The notes: a model not told the origin generated them from the letters alone. A stretch of DNA of 64,000 nucleotides from Candidatus Poribacteria bacterium (GCA_965215015.1 OZ244042.1:352001-416000), one strand, 5' to 3'. Counted from the first letter of the stretch, positions 29,117 through 39,639 are shown. A program made the numbers and translations.

Positions 29117-30115
29117 CTAACTCGTCTGAGATAAAGCCTCCCGAAACGCCTTGACGTGCGCGGGGTTTGTACCACAACAACCGCCGATTAGATAAGCACC
29201 TTCCTTAATCAACGCTGGCAGGTAAGGTGACATCTCCTCCGGGGCTTGGGGCCAATATGTCTCCTGATTCTCGTCTAAACGTGCCATACCCGCATTTGGA
29301 TAAGCCATCAACCGTTTTGAATTAATGCCCCGCTCCTCCATCGCTTCGCGCAGCTGCTGGATGCCGTTTATCGCATAGGGCATTCCCGTATGCTCCTCAC
29401 GCCTTGATTCTGCACCGCAGTTTAGGCCTAAGATTTGAACGTGATCGAGTAGATTGTCTCCGTTGGAGAACTCCCCTTCGGCTAGGATCCGGACGAGAGA
29501 TACAGCCGAATGCCCCCAATCCGTTTTGTATATTACCCTCTTCGTTCGCCGATCCATAGTGTACTTATAAGTCATATTCACGGCGATGGGAACCCCCGTT
29601 TTTCTCGCAACGTCGACAGCGATTGCAGCCTCCTTTGCGGAGAACATAGTTTCAATACAAAAAAAGTCCACCCCTTCTTCTGCGAGCGTGTTTATCACCC
29701 GCTCATGTGCATCTCGGACCGCTTCATTTGCAATACCAAAATCAACGCCGCCGCTATCGGCTTCGATTGCGCCGGGCGAAGGGCCCACTGAACCAGCAAT
29801 ATATACATCCCTCCCACTTCTCTCAACGGCTGCTCTCGCGTGCGCCGCGGCCTGCTTTGTCATCTTCTCGGCTTCGGCTGCGTCTTTCCCCGCCATTTCG
29901 AGGTGCAGGGGAGAAGCAACAAATGTGTTCGTTCCGATTGCGTCAGCACCCGCTTGAATGTAAGCCGAATGAATGTCAATAACAGTTTCCGGGTGCAATT
30001 CGTTTGCGAGAGCACTGTTTGCCAAAGCAATGCCCGCAGTGAAGAGCTGCGAGCCAAACCCACCGTCATAAATCATTGGGGTGGGATCTTTCAATCTATC
30101 CAAGAATGTCTTCAT
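29117..30115 (-). CDS. Homocysteine S-methyltransferase family protein (stand-alone MetH N-terminal domain)
   Basis: DGGFGSQL, AGADAIGTNTF, GLNC, YPNAG, GGCCGT Zn ligands. Confidence 0.9.
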   Translation of the reverse strand: MKTFLDRLKDPTPMIYDGGFGSQLFTAGIALANSALANELHPETVIDIHSAYIQAGADAIGTNTFVASPLHLEMAGKDAAEAEKMTKQAAAHARAAVERSGRDVYIAGSVGPSPGAIEADSGGVDFGIANEAVRDAHERVINTLAEEGVDFFCIETMFSAKEAAIAVDVARKTGVPIAVNMTYKYTMDRRTKRVIYKTDWGHSAVSLVRILAEGEFSNGDNLLDHVQILGLNCGAESRREEHTGMPYAINGIQQLREAMEERGINSKRLMAYPNAGMARLDENQETYWPQAPEEMSPYLPALIKEGAYLIGGCCGTNPAHVKAFREALSQTS

Positions 30116-30199
30116 CTACAATCCTCTGTTGTTTCAATTTTTACCTACTTCAATTCACTTCTTTCACCCTCAATCTATTGAGATTCAGCAGAGGAATTT

Positions 30200-31261
30200 C
30201 TACCCTGTCGCCCAACGTTCTGGATCGAGACCGAAGGCACGGGCCTCCTCACAGATGGCCGCCCAAGTTGTCTCATCAATCTCAATACCCTCAATCTGTT
30301 TTCGTGCAGCGTTGCGAAATTCGGGTTCACCAGGACTCAGAATCTCCCGAAACCCCGGCGCAAGGCGACTTGATTTGACATGCCGAATCAAGCCCTCCAC
30401 TTCATCGTAGTAGGCGTCGAGACTGGTGAAGTGAGTGATGCTATAAACAGTGAAGAGCACGCCGTTGCTAACCATTGTGCGCTCACCGGCAGCACACCCT
30501 TCGCCACTGAGAGTTCCCCCCAAAAGCTCCACCACAAAGCTAAGACCGTAACCTTTGTGTGCCACAACGCCGCCCATCGGCAGGATGGCACCCGGCGGAT
30601 CAGCTCTGAAGTCGTTTGGCTCGGTGGTCGGGTTGCCCTGTGAATCAATGAGCCAACCTTCCGGCACCTGCTTGCCTTGATTGATAGCAACGCGAATCTT
30701 GCCTTCAGCCACCACAGATGTAGTCATATCCACTAAAATTGGGTCATTATTTCGACGTGGAGCAGAAAACGCAATCGGGTTTGTGCTGAGGCGACCGTCG
30801 AGACCGCCAAAGGGGGCAATCTGATAGCCGAGATGACCCGCATTGACGAAAGCGATTCCTAGCATCTCGTTTCGAGCCGCCATCAAGGGATAGGCACCCG
30901 CCCGTCCGACATGACTCGTATTTCGCAGCGCAACGGTGCCTGTTCCGTATTGTCGCGCTTTTTCGATAGCGAGGTTCATCGCAAAGGTTGCACCGACCTG
31001 TCCAAGCGCGCTGTGTCCATCTACCACCGCAGCGCAAGGATTGTCACTCACAATTTCAGGCATTGCAGTGGGCCGGAATCTGCCATCTCGTATAGCACGG
31101 GCGTATTCGTAGAAACGGATGGCACCGTGAGAGTCGTGTCCGAAGAGGTTAGATTCAATCAGGTGGTCAACAACCGCTTGCGTATCTTTCGGCGTACAGC
31201 CGGCGGCTTCAAAGAGGTCATAGCCAATCTGCCGCAGGGTGTCGGGGTGGAATGTGGGCAT
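30200..31261 (-). CDS. Ldh_2 family oxidoreductase (malate/L-lactate/sulfolactate dehydrogenase-like)
   Basis: GHDSHG, HVGRAGAY, STNPIA, DMTTSVVAEGK, HKGYGL, PGEPE. Confidence 0.9.
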   Translation of the reverse strand: MPTFHPDTLRQIGYDLFEAAGCTPKDTQAVVDHLIESNLFGHDSHGAIRFYEYARAIRDGRFRPTAMPEIVSDNPCAAVVDGHSALGQVGATFAMNLAIEKARQYGTGTVALRNTSHVGRAGAYPLMAARNEMLGIAFVNAGHLGYQIAPFGGLDGRLSTNPIAFSAPRRNNDPILVDMTTSVVAEGKIRVAINQGKQVPEGWLIDSQGNPTTEPNDFRADPPGAILPMGGVVAHKGYGLSFVVELLGGTLSGEGCAAGERTMVSNGVLFTVYSITHFTSLDAYYDEVEGLIRHVKSSRLAPGFREILSPGEPEFRNAARKQIEGIEIDETTWAAICEEARAFGLDPERWATG

Positions 31262-31356
31262 AAAGAATCCTTTCTATTATCTTGATTCGGATAGAATTCG
31301 GCTTGTTGATCCAATGGAAAGAGGACACGCATTGAATAATGAACACCTCTCCATGT

Positions 31357-31482
31357 CCGTAGTCGCGCAATTCATTGCCCGTTTGTCCCTATCCGTGGCC
31401 GACACAAAGACTATCATCAATATTTGAAGTAGCCACAATTCATGCCACGTTCGTTCGTAGTAGCGCAATTCATTGCGCGTTC
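31357..31482. repeat. Two GTAG REP-like palindromes
   Basis: GTAGTCGCGCAATTCATTGCCCG and GTAGTAGCGCAATTCATTGCGCG. Confidence 0.7.
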
Positions 31483-31531
31483 GTTGCTAGCCGCGTCCTA
31501 CGCTAAATCGGTTGGATTTGGCGAGGCAAAA

Positions 31532-31807
31532 TTACCTTTTCTGTCGTCTCTTATCCTTGTATTCCGCTTCCAGTTCCTGCACAAGGGCGTTCAACACAGC
31601 CTCGGGCTCGCCGGGACGCTCCATCTTCTCCGTCCACTCCCACTGATCGAGATAATCGTCGCTTCCGGCTAAGCCTGCTTCCATTGCCGCTCGATCGATT
31701 TCAGACTGAAACCGATTCGGCATCGGATGTGAAACAGGTCTTCTTCCCTTAAACACTCTTACCTGAGCCGGAATATCCTTCCAGTATAAGATTTGATAGA
31801 CTGCCAC
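31532..31807 (-). CDS. Small 'virulence factor' family (CvfA-like) protein found in B12 methyl-transfer clusters
   Basis: YWKDIPAQV...RFQSEIDRAAM...DDYLDQW. Confidence 0.8.
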   Translation of the reverse strand: MAVYQILYWKDIPAQVRVFKGRRPVSHPMPNRFQSEIDRAAMEAGLAGSDDYLDQWEWTEKMERPGEPEAVLNALVQELEAEYKDKRRQKR

Positions 31808-31810
31808 GGT

Positions 31811-32851
31811 TCACCCCTCCAATTCCCCTTTGCGATAGGCACGCAGGAACGTTCTGCAAAAGCGATCTTTTCCCAGCAGCATATCTTCGGTCAGTTGATA
31901 AGCTCTCGACGCTTGGTCAACGGAAAGTGCTTTTTGCGGATTATTGGTCACTGGGTCGATAATCCCACTATCGGCACCGGCTTTGACCGCGAGAACCATA
32001 AAAACGTCATTAATGAGACGACGGGACGGCATTTGGAAAGAGACATTGCTGAACCCACCACTGATATGGATGGTGGGACCATATTTTTCACGGAGCTGTC
32101 GAATCGCTTCAAAAGCGTGGTTGCCATTCTCCGTGTCCACCCCAATCGGAAAGAATAACGGGTCAATGAAGATGTCCTCAGTCGCAATTCCCTCGTCGTT
32201 TGCTGCATTTACCATACGTGAGGCATTGTCAACTCGCTCTTCGGGGTTCTGTGGCATTCCAGATTCACTGGCAGCTGTTACCATAACCTTCGTATTGTAC
32301 TGTTTGGCAAGGTCTAACGCCTCAAGACGTTCCAGCGATGCAGAGTTGAGTAGTGCCCGCCCGACGCGACTATCATACACTTCAAGCCCCGCTGCGATAA
32401 TTTCGGTGTTAGATGAGTCTATTGACAAAGGTGTATCAGACATCTGCTGAAGGGCTTGCACCAACCACCGCATGGCTTCCTTCTGCTCCTCAAGCCGCCA
32501 CGAAATTTCATCCACATTAACATCAAGGAAATCGGTGCCGGTATCGACTTGCCGTTGAACGATTTTGTGTATGTACCCCACACCTTCGCTAGCGTGGGGT
32601 TCCTCACCTGACATCGCCGCTTGAACCGCAATAATTACGTGTTTGACGCGCCCCTCCTCATATTCTTGCGATTCCTTGATAGATTCCGGGATGACAAGGT
32701 AGCGGCGTTTTTTGTTCGTGTCCAAATAGCGGACAGATTCGAGTCCGTCTGGGTTGTTTGTAACCAGTTTTCCGTTTCGGCGTACCACCCGAGTAGTATG
32801 GACATTCTCGCCAATAATGATAAAATCCTTACCGTTTAGTTGCATCTTCAC
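31811..32851 (-). CDS. Pterin-binding methyltransferase (AcsE/MetH pterin-domain-like, DHPS fold)
   Basis: IIIGENV, FLDVNVD, PLSIDSSN, LLNSAS, IFIDPL, GGFSNVSF, GIIDP. Confidence 0.85.
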   Translation of the reverse strand: MKMQLNGKDFIIIGENVHTTRVVRRNGKLVTNNPDGLESVRYLDTNKKRRYLVIPESIKESQEYEEGRVKHVIIAVQAAMSGEEPHASEGVGYIHKIVQRQVDTGTDFLDVNVDEISWRLEEQKEAMRWLVQALQQMSDTPLSIDSSNTEIIAAGLEVYDSRVGRALLNSASLERLEALDLAKQYNTKVMVTAASESGMPQNPEERVDNASRMVNAANDEGIATEDIFIDPLFFPIGVDTENGNHAFEAIRQLREKYGPTIHISGGFSNVSFQMPSRRLINDVFMVLAVKAGADSGIIDPVTNNPQKALSVDQASRAYQLTEDMLLGKDRFCRTFLRAYRKGELEG

Positions 32852-32916
32852 ACCTCGTTACACTGTGCACGACTGACACCGGCTTCACCAATTGATATCC
32901 GGCCCCATCCGCGGCA

Positions 32917-34527
32917 TCAGCTATCAGATTTTTTCTGAGCGTGATGGTCTCGCTCCAGAAAAGTGTTGCCCCAAGCACTTGTGCCGTTGAGGGCACCGTC
33001 CTTGAAAATCGCTGGACCGTCTAACATCGTTTCTTCTTCACCGTAGGCTTTGAGACGGTCATAAGCCCTTGCCCAGATACAGTCCTTCTCCCCGATTTCG
33101 CATTTGCCCTGACGAGTCCCGCCACACGGGCCGTTGCGCTGATTTTTCACACACTGAGATTCGGGACACAGATACGCAATATCGGGCAGTGAGCAGTCCC
33201 CGCAGTCCCGACAATCAAAAGCAGTAATCTTAACCGCCTGTTCCAAATCGTGCGCGGTTTTCTTTACACCCTCACTCGCCCCATCAATTGCCTGAGAAAT
33301 TCGCTTGCCGATATTGAATCCCACGCTCCCCTTTTCAAAAACTTGGTCATGCACCATGCGATTAATCTTATAGCTCAAGGCGATTTTCTGCTTGGCGGCT
33401 TTCAAACCTTCTGCCCGTTTTGAAAAGAGATACTCGCGATTAATCTCAGTTGAACTGAGTCCCGTTTCCGGTTCCGGCTCAAAGAAGTAAAATTCGTCGG
33501 GGTAGTGGAAGCAAATTTCCTGGGCAAAATCCTTCCAATCCTCATCCCCAAAGCGGTCTACTAGCTTCAAGATTCGCTCATAATCTGTGTAACGTATATG
33601 GCCCCCTAAGTATACGCCTCGATAGCCCAATCCTTTGGCGATGGCACACTGCTTGGCAGCAAACTCCAAGAGGAAGGCTTTGCCCTTGTCCTTTGATTTT
33701 GACTCTTTTTCAATCAGGTTGAGCAATGGGTCAGTTACAGTGACACCGGGGATATTACCCTTGTTGAAGAAACGAGCGGCGGGGCGACTGAGGACGTAGA
33801 CGTTGCCAATCACTGGCACGTGCAGATTGTGGGTCGCCATATATTTCAGCAATTCATCCTGTTTGCGCGAGTCATATCCAATCTGGTTGATGATAAACGC
33901 AGCACCGTTCTCAATCTTCTTTTTCAGTTTGAAATACTGGGGCATGACCTCGCGTTCGTAACGTTTGTGGTTGTTGACCACCGCACCCAATAAGAAATTG
34001 GTACGCTCCAGCACCTGTAATCTTTTCCCGGTGCCCACCGTCATACCGGCGTTCATGTCAACGAACATCTTCAGCAATCCCACTGAGTCGGTGTCAAAGA
34101 CGGGGCTCGCTTGACCACGATACCCATCGATCGGGTAATCGCCCGATAACGCTAGGATATTGTTAAACCCTTCACTGGCGAGCTGCCAAGCCCGGCTCTG
34201 AAGCGCGTTGCGGTTCCAGTCTTTGCAAGACAGATGGATAATCACTTCCTGACCCCGGGAGAGGAGATCTCGACCCAAAGTGTCGGGACCGACCATGGCA
34301 TTGCCGCCCGGATTGTCGGTAATACTCAGGCCATGTATGCGCGGATTGTCTGCCAGTTTTCGCGCTAACTCCAACACCCGACGCCCATCGGGATCGGCGA
34401 TAGTTCCACGCGAGGTCACCACTTCCACACAAGTGACAAATGTATCGGTCTCCTGGAGCAGGTAGCGGAATGAGGGCTTCTGCGAAGCATCACAGTTACG
34501 GTCTGTTTCGGTTGAGGAGGTGTTCAT
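32917..34527 (-). CDS. metF: Methylenetetrahydrofolate reductase fused to a Cys-rich MTHFR_C2 (MetV-like) domain
   Basis: ITDNPGG, HLSCKDWNRNALQS, LALSGD, KKIENGAAFIINQ; C-terminal CRDCGDC...CPESQCVKNQRNGPCGG...CIW. Confidence 0.85.
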   Translation of the reverse strand: MNTSSTETDRNCDASQKPSFRYLLQETDTFVTCVEVVTSRGTIADPDGRRVLELARKLADNPRIHGLSITDNPGGNAMVGPDTLGRDLLSRGQEVIIHLSCKDWNRNALQSRAWQLASEGFNNILALSGDYPIDGYRGQASPVFDTDSVGLLKMFVDMNAGMTVGTGKRLQVLERTNFLLGAVVNNHKRYEREVMPQYFKLKKKIENGAAFIINQIGYDSRKQDELLKYMATHNLHVPVIGNVYVLSRPAARFFNKGNIPGVTVTDPLLNLIEKESKSKDKGKAFLLEFAAKQCAIAKGLGYRGVYLGGHIRYTDYERILKLVDRFGDEDWKDFAQEICFHYPDEFYFFEPEPETGLSSTEINREYLFSKRAEGLKAAKQKIALSYKINRMVHDQVFEKGSVGFNIGKRISQAIDGASEGVKKTAHDLEQAVKITAFDCRDCGDCSLPDIAYLCPESQCVKNQRNGPCGGTRQGKCEIGEKDCIWARAYDRLKAYGEEETMLDGPAIFKDGALNGTSAWGNTFLERDHHAQKKSDS

Positions 34528-34835
34528 GATTGTTGCCTCGCTTGACGATGCTCAGGGTCAAAAACCTTCTGACTCACACCAGATCTTGCAATGAACATCT
34601 ACTATCTCGTTCAGTGTTGTCGTCGATATATCTCCGCATCCTTGAGATGCTTTTACTCCCTTAGATACGGAGTTGTTACATTGTTTCATTTCTGAATTTG
34701 TTGGAATCACAATAGGCATACGTTTCAAATAGTTTGCTGAATTGTTGGCTGCTGGGTTGAGTCGTAGCAGCTTCTCGTAACAGCCACATCTCGAGTTACC
34801 ATCTCCACCGAATGATTGTGCAATGGATAATTATT

Positions 34836-35633
34836 TCAGGCAAACAGCGGTGTCGGCTTTGGAGGACCGAAACCGAGTTCCACCAACCTCGATACCACTC
34901 GTCGGAGTCGAGGACGGTCACTGTTGACCATTTCTTCTGCCGGATGCAATGAATAGTTCCAACCCTCGTATAGCCCCTTTATGTAAGTGACTTGCTCATC
35001 TGTTACAGGGTTTGCCATAAAACTGATCGCATGTTGGGAGCGTCCCGGTGGGCCGCCGAACGCCCCATGCCATAGGGTTTCTGGAAAGATAATAACATCG
35101 CCGGGCTGCGATTCAACGACAACGCTAGGAACATCCACACCCGCAACCCCGAACGGCATCGCAGTCGGATTATCCTGCTGGACGGTCAACGGCTGTAACA
35201 GTTTCCTCAATTCTAGCTTATGAGACCCCGGGATGAAACGTAGTGCCCCTGTGTCTTTTGTATTTGGCTCAAGGTAAAACGCAATCTTGATGTGTAGCAC
35301 TGGTTCTGGATCCAGTCCCCCGCCGTGCCACTGCGTGTCGCCGACGTGGAGGTTGCCCTCGGTAGCGTTCAGGATGAACTCAGGCCCGAGAAGGTCTTCG
35401 CCCAGTCCATAGATACGGTCGTCCTCGATGAGCCACTGAAGTCGGGGATTCAACTCGAAGAACGGAATCATGGCTTGACGCTTTTCTCCGGGGAACGGCT
35501 CGCCTTGGCGGTTTTCCCGCAGAACCGCGTCGGACTCACGACGGATGACATCAATCTCCTGCGATGTGAATAGCTGTCGCAGAATAAGGAATCCAAACGT
35601 TTCAAAGTGCTGTTTCTGCTGAATCGTTAGCAT
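34836..35633 (-). CDS. PhyH-family Fe(II)/2OG oxygenase, HxG variant
   Basis: HFETFGFLIL, TQWHGG, GALRFIPGSH, PGDVIIF...WHGA. Confidence 0.8.
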   Translation of the reverse strand: MLTIQQKQHFETFGFLILRQLFTSQEIDVIRRESDAVLRENRQGEPFPGEKRQAMIPFFELNPRLQWLIEDDRIYGLGEDLLGPEFILNATEGNLHVGDTQWHGGGLDPEPVLHIKIAFYLEPNTKDTGALRFIPGSHKLELRKLLQPLTVQQDNPTAMPFGVAGVDVPSVVVESQPGDVIIFPETLWHGAFGGPPGRSQHAISFMANPVTDEQVTYIKGLYEGWNYSLHPAEEMVNSDRPRLRRVVSRLVELGFGPPKPTPLFA

Positions 35634-35806
35634 GTTGGCCTCTTTTCCGGTTCAGAATTATGGCTGCCATTGTCCTACTCTTTGCATTCCGTAAAAATAA
35701 AGTCAAGGATTCCGAATACCTTAGCAGGATCGGTTATTGAATAAGCCAGCGGATGTTTCGCGAAAGTATTTGTCTCCAACTTGCCAAACCCACATCTGTT
35801 CAGGCA

Positions 35807-37744
35807 TCACACAAACTCCATCGGCATCGGCTTAAACTGGCAGCCCTCGACAAATACCTCGAAGAAGTCGGAGGTTGTCTCCAATTCTACATGTTCAATC
35901 CCTTTGACTAAACACTCAATAGCCTCACGTTTCTTGCGTGAGAGGAGGACCTCCTTCGCCCCTTGTACCGCAGCGTTACCAATCTTGACGATGCGATTTT
36001 CGTCTACCGGTGCCAAAAACCCAATCTCGATTGCATTACGAACATCCACATAATTGGCAAAACCACCCGCCAAATAGAGCCGACTCACATCCGCCGGATT
36101 GATCCCAAACTTTCGCATAACGATGAATTGGCCGCAGTAATTGGCAGCCTTCGCTTGAGCCAGATTGCTAGCATCTTCGCGGGAGAAGGTGATGCCGAAT
36201 TCCGGGACAATCGGTATCTCACGGGTTTTTCTGTCCCCGAATACGCCCATTGAGGTCATCTGTCTATTGCGACGGAGCTCTGCCAATAGATCGATTAAAC
36301 CGGAGCCGCAAATCCCTTGAGGTTCGACGCCGCCGATCGTGTTATATTCAATCTGACCGTCTTTCCATCGGATTGACTCGATCGCTTCGTTGTAGCCCGG
36401 CATCCCGTACTTAATGCCGCCCCCTTCAAAAGCAGGACCCGCCGGGCAAGAAGCCGCGATCAGCCGCTCAGGCTGTCCGACCAACACTTCGGTGTTCGTG
36501 CCAACATCCACCAGCATGATGACCTCCTTTTGGGATGCCATATCGAGTGCCACCAAATCCGCCGCGACATCAGCACCGACATGGCTGCCAATCAGCGGCA
36601 GTCCATACACCCACGCCTTCGGGTTGGCTCGGATTCCCAGCCGTCGTGTCTTCTCAATGAGTGAAGTAGTTTCGCGTTCACCGGCGTGATATTGGTGTTC
36701 AATTATCGACTGGTAAGGCTTTTGGCCGATGCTCTGCACATCCAACTTAAAGAAGAGGTCCCGCATCGTCGAGTTACCCACCACAACAATTTCATAAATT
36801 TCTTGGCGGACGAACCCTAACTCTCTACCCATTTCTTGGATTTCATGGTTGAGCGCATTAATGACCGCCCAGCGCAACTCCCCACCAAACTCGCCATCAT
36901 ACGAAATGCGGTGCATTATGTCGCTGCCGCCGAACCGTTGTGGGTTCTCAAAGGAACTGACGTGGACGCTCTCACCGGTCTCCAGATCGACCAAGTCGAT
37001 GACCACTGTTGTGGTGCCGAGGTCTATCGCCAAGCCGTAGATGTGGCCGCGGTATTTGTCGATAGCCTCATCATCATAGTAAACCATATTTTCGCGGCGC
37101 ATTACTAACGGATCAATGTGAAGAGGTTTTTCGTGGGTGCGGGTGAGGATCTTGGGGGTGCGCCGTAGCGGCGAGAACACTATATCGACATCGGCATCCT
37201 TAACCACCGCTTGGCAGGCGAGCCGATAATTCTCCCGTAAAAACGACTCGGCTTCGTTCCGTGGACGCAATGCCTCCATCCCCGCTTTAATCTCAACAAT
37301 ACATTCATGGCACTGTCCGGTGCGAAAGCAGGAGGTCGGCACTTGAACTGTGAGTTCATCGGCGTAATCAAAAATGGTTTTTCCGGCTGTGAGTGGACGC
37401 TTTTTGCCATCATGCCTTACTGTTCCCTTGCCATAGCTCACTTCACTGTCGATGAAAGCCCCCTCAGCAGCTTCGGTCTCCCACGCGGCCCGATAGTCGA
37501 TTTTATCGTCCCCGCCGCATAAGAGCAATTCCTCCTTTGGGACCCCACGGGTACTATCCTGCTGACCGACCAAATCCTTGCTAGACGGTCTTCGCTGGTT
37601 TCGACACCCAAACTTAGCAGTACACTGATCAAAACGGTTTTTATAAGGGCATCGATACATGGATTGCTCGTTGGCATGGTTCACCATGCTTGAGAACATC
37701 TCTGTTATTTTGTCTAAACGCTTCTGATATTCTGTTTTGTTCAT
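35807..37744 (-). CDS. ASKHA-domain ATP-dependent corrinoid reductive activator (RamA/RACo, DUF4445) with 2Fe-2S domain
   Basis: SC...GQCHEC...RLACQ ferredoxin; AIDLGTTT, ENPQRFGGSDI, DVGTNTE, AGPAFEG, GICGSG, LAGGFA. Confidence 0.9.
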   Translation of the reverse strand: MNKTEYQKRLDKITEMFSSMVNHANEQSMYRCPYKNRFDQCTAKFGCRNQRRPSSKDLVGQQDSTRGVPKEELLLCGGDDKIDYRAAWETEAAEGAFIDSEVSYGKGTVRHDGKKRPLTAGKTIFDYADELTVQVPTSCFRTGQCHECIVEIKAGMEALRPRNEAESFLRENYRLACQAVVKDADVDIVFSPLRRTPKILTRTHEKPLHIDPLVMRRENMVYYDDEAIDKYRGHIYGLAIDLGTTTVVIDLVDLETGESVHVSSFENPQRFGGSDIMHRISYDGEFGGELRWAVINALNHEIQEMGRELGFVRQEIYEIVVVGNSTMRDLFFKLDVQSIGQKPYQSIIEHQYHAGERETTSLIEKTRRLGIRANPKAWVYGLPLIGSHVGADVAADLVALDMASQKEVIMLVDVGTNTEVLVGQPERLIAASCPAGPAFEGGGIKYGMPGYNEAIESIRWKDGQIEYNTIGGVEPQGICGSGLIDLLAELRRNRQMTSMGVFGDRKTREIPIVPEFGITFSREDASNLAQAKAANYCGQFIVMRKFGINPADVSRLYLAGGFANYVDVRNAIEIGFLAPVDENRIVKIGNAAVQGAKEVLLSRKKREAIECLVKGIEHVELETTSDFFEVFVEGCQFKPMPMEFV

Positions 37745-37801
37745 CGGTTCATTCGTTCATCAATACATTGGTTCATTAATGAACCAATCTACCGATAAAT
37801 C

Positions 37802-38569
37802 CTACTCCTCGTCCCAATCCTCGTCATCTGCTTCAAGGAATTTCTTTGCCAGTGCCACGCATTCAAGGGCGTCCTTGCCGTACCCGTCCGCCCCCATATC
37901 ATCAGCGAACTCTTGGGTCACCGGGGCACCACCCACCATAATCTTAACCTCTTCCCGGAGATCTTCATCAATAAAGGCTTCGATTGTCTTGCCCATGTTC
38001 GGCATCGTTGTGGTCAGCAACGCCGACATTCCAAGTATGGGCGCCTCATGCTCCTCTACCGCTTCAATGAACTCATCGTCCGAAGTGTCCACGCCCAAAT
38101 CATGCACAATGAATCCTGCCCCCCGCAACATCATAATACAAAGGTTCTTGCCAATGTCGTGGAGATCCCCTTTCACCGTACCCATAATCACTGTCCCAAC
38201 AGGATCTATGCCGGAGGCGGATAGAATGGGTTCAATATACGTCATCCCAGCTTTCATGGCCCGCGCACAGGCGAGGACTTCCGGGACGAAGATAAAGTTC
38301 TCTCGAAACTTGATTCCGACAATCCCCATCCCTGCGATGAGCCCGTCATCCATGATTTCGAGCGCTTCGGTGCCCGCTTCCAAAGCGGCTTGGGTCAACT
38401 CATCCACACCATGGTTATCTCCGTCGATGAGTGATGCGGCGATATCCTGCATCTCGGGGGTCGCTTGGGCGAAGGTGTTAATGGTGCGCTCCCGCTCGTC
38501 AGGACGCTCAACAAACTCCTCAATCTCATCTATAATAAATTCATTCTGAATGTCAGTAATGTCTGCCAT
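37802..38569 (-). CDS. Corrinoid (B12-binding) protein, MtaC/MttC-like
   Basis: FVPEVL cap domain; GTVKGDLHDIGKNL (DxHxxG), SALLTTT, MVGGAPVT; GGAG RBS before ATG 38569. Confidence 0.93.
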   Translation of the reverse strand: MADITDIQNEFIIDEIEEFVERPDERERTINTFAQATPEMQDIAASLIDGDNHGVDELTQAALEAGTEALEIMDDGLIAGMGIVGIKFRENFIFVPEVLACARAMKAGMTYIEPILSASGIDPVGTVIMGTVKGDLHDIGKNLCIMMLRGAGFIVHDLGVDTSDDEFIEAVEEHEAPILGMSALLTTTMPNMGKTIEAFIDEDLREEVKIMVGGAPVTQEFADDMGADGYGKDALECVALAKKFLEADDEDWDEE

Positions 38570-38580
38570 AAATTTCTCCG

Positions 38581-39630
38581 TTAATTCGCATGTTCCTTGT
38601 GCCAATCCTGTACCGCTTTGGGAATCTCTTTGAGATTTTCAATAGCAGTTTGTAGCGGAATCGCACACTCTGGCCCGACAAGCTGCACGCCGGAGTCTAG
38701 ATTCTTGTAGACCTCTCCCCGAACGTCCTCTGGGCCCTTCGAGAAGAGTGTCTCAGGGTTATTAATGTTTCCCACCAGAGAGATTCGTTCCTTAACCACT
38801 TCCATAGACTCGCTGGGTTGGTTCTTAGAATCGTAATGGAAGGCTGCCATTCCTGTCTGAGCGATGTACTCCATTCTATCCACTGTCCGCCCACAAATAT
38901 GGAGAATCAGTGGGATGGGAATCCGATCGGCAAACTCAATATGCAGATCGCGGAGGTAACGCTTATAGTAGTCACCGTCGACGAGGTCACCCGTTGCGTG
39001 GTCGGGTAAGGTCAGCGCGTCTGCTCCCGCTTCAATCTGTGCCACACCAAACTCCACCGTGGCTTCCTTCATCCTGTCCAGAGCGAGTTTTGTTTTGCCC
39101 GGATCGTCCAGAGATAGCAGGAGAAAAGGTTCCACACCGAAACAGTGATAACCCAGCGACCACGGTCCCATGGTTTTTCCGATAACAGCGACATCATCGC
39201 CATATTCCTTCTTGAGGATTTTAATTGCGTCGAGTACGCACTTAGTATCCTGATGAGTCAGGAAATCTGATGGGAGCTTAATTTCATCGACATCCTCCCA
39301 GATCGGCTCACGCATTCTAACCGTGGGCCAATTGTCCTTCTGCTCCCATTGAATCTTACACCCAAGCGCAGAGGATTCTTGGATAATCGAAAAAACAGGC
39401 ATAATTGAATCGAAACCTAACTCAGTATGCCCGGTGGCGGCTAAACGGGCCATCAACTCAGGTTGACGGTTGGCCTCCGGGAATGGGGCCTCCACCAAGT
39501 CCATCAGCTCTACTGTGGCGACAGATGTTGGGTTGCAGACCGGGGTTCGGTCCACAGGCTCCCTCTTCAACGCTGCCAAAACCCGCTCTTTACCGGTCAT
39601 TGATTCGACTGTTTGTTTTTGGGTGCCCAT
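38581..39630 (-). CDS. MtaA/CmuA-family methyltransferase (URO-D fold)
   Basis: ERVLAAL...VDRTPV, GPWSL, QIEAGAD, ILHICG and GPECAIP (His-Cys-Cys Zn site), LVGNIN. Confidence 0.85.
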   Translation of the reverse strand: MGTQKQTVESMTGKERVLAALKREPVDRTPVCNPTSVATVELMDLVEAPFPEANRQPELMARLAATGHTELGFDSIMPVFSIIQESSALGCKIQWEQKDNWPTVRMREPIWEDVDEIKLPSDFLTHQDTKCVLDAIKILKKEYGDDVAVIGKTMGPWSLGYHCFGVEPFLLLSLDDPGKTKLALDRMKEATVEFGVAQIEAGADALTLPDHATGDLVDGDYYKRYLRDLHIEFADRIPIPLILHICGRTVDRMEYIAQTGMAAFHYDSKNQPSESMEVVKERISLVGNINNPETLFSKGPEDVRGEVYKNLDSGVQLVGPECAIPLQTAIENLKEIPKAVQDWHKEHAN

Positions 39631-39639
39631 AACTTCCTC

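Noticed and set aside
30200-31261. ComC for coenzyme M synthesis to supply the MtaA-like enzyme
   Set aside because: Ldh_2 substrate cannot be assigned from motifs, and comA, comB and comDE are not in the window.
34528-34835. Cobalamin or SAM riboswitch upstream of metF
   Set aside because: No recognisable B12-box or SAM-I core; the minus strand looks more like a decayed coding fragment (CYEKLLRLNP).
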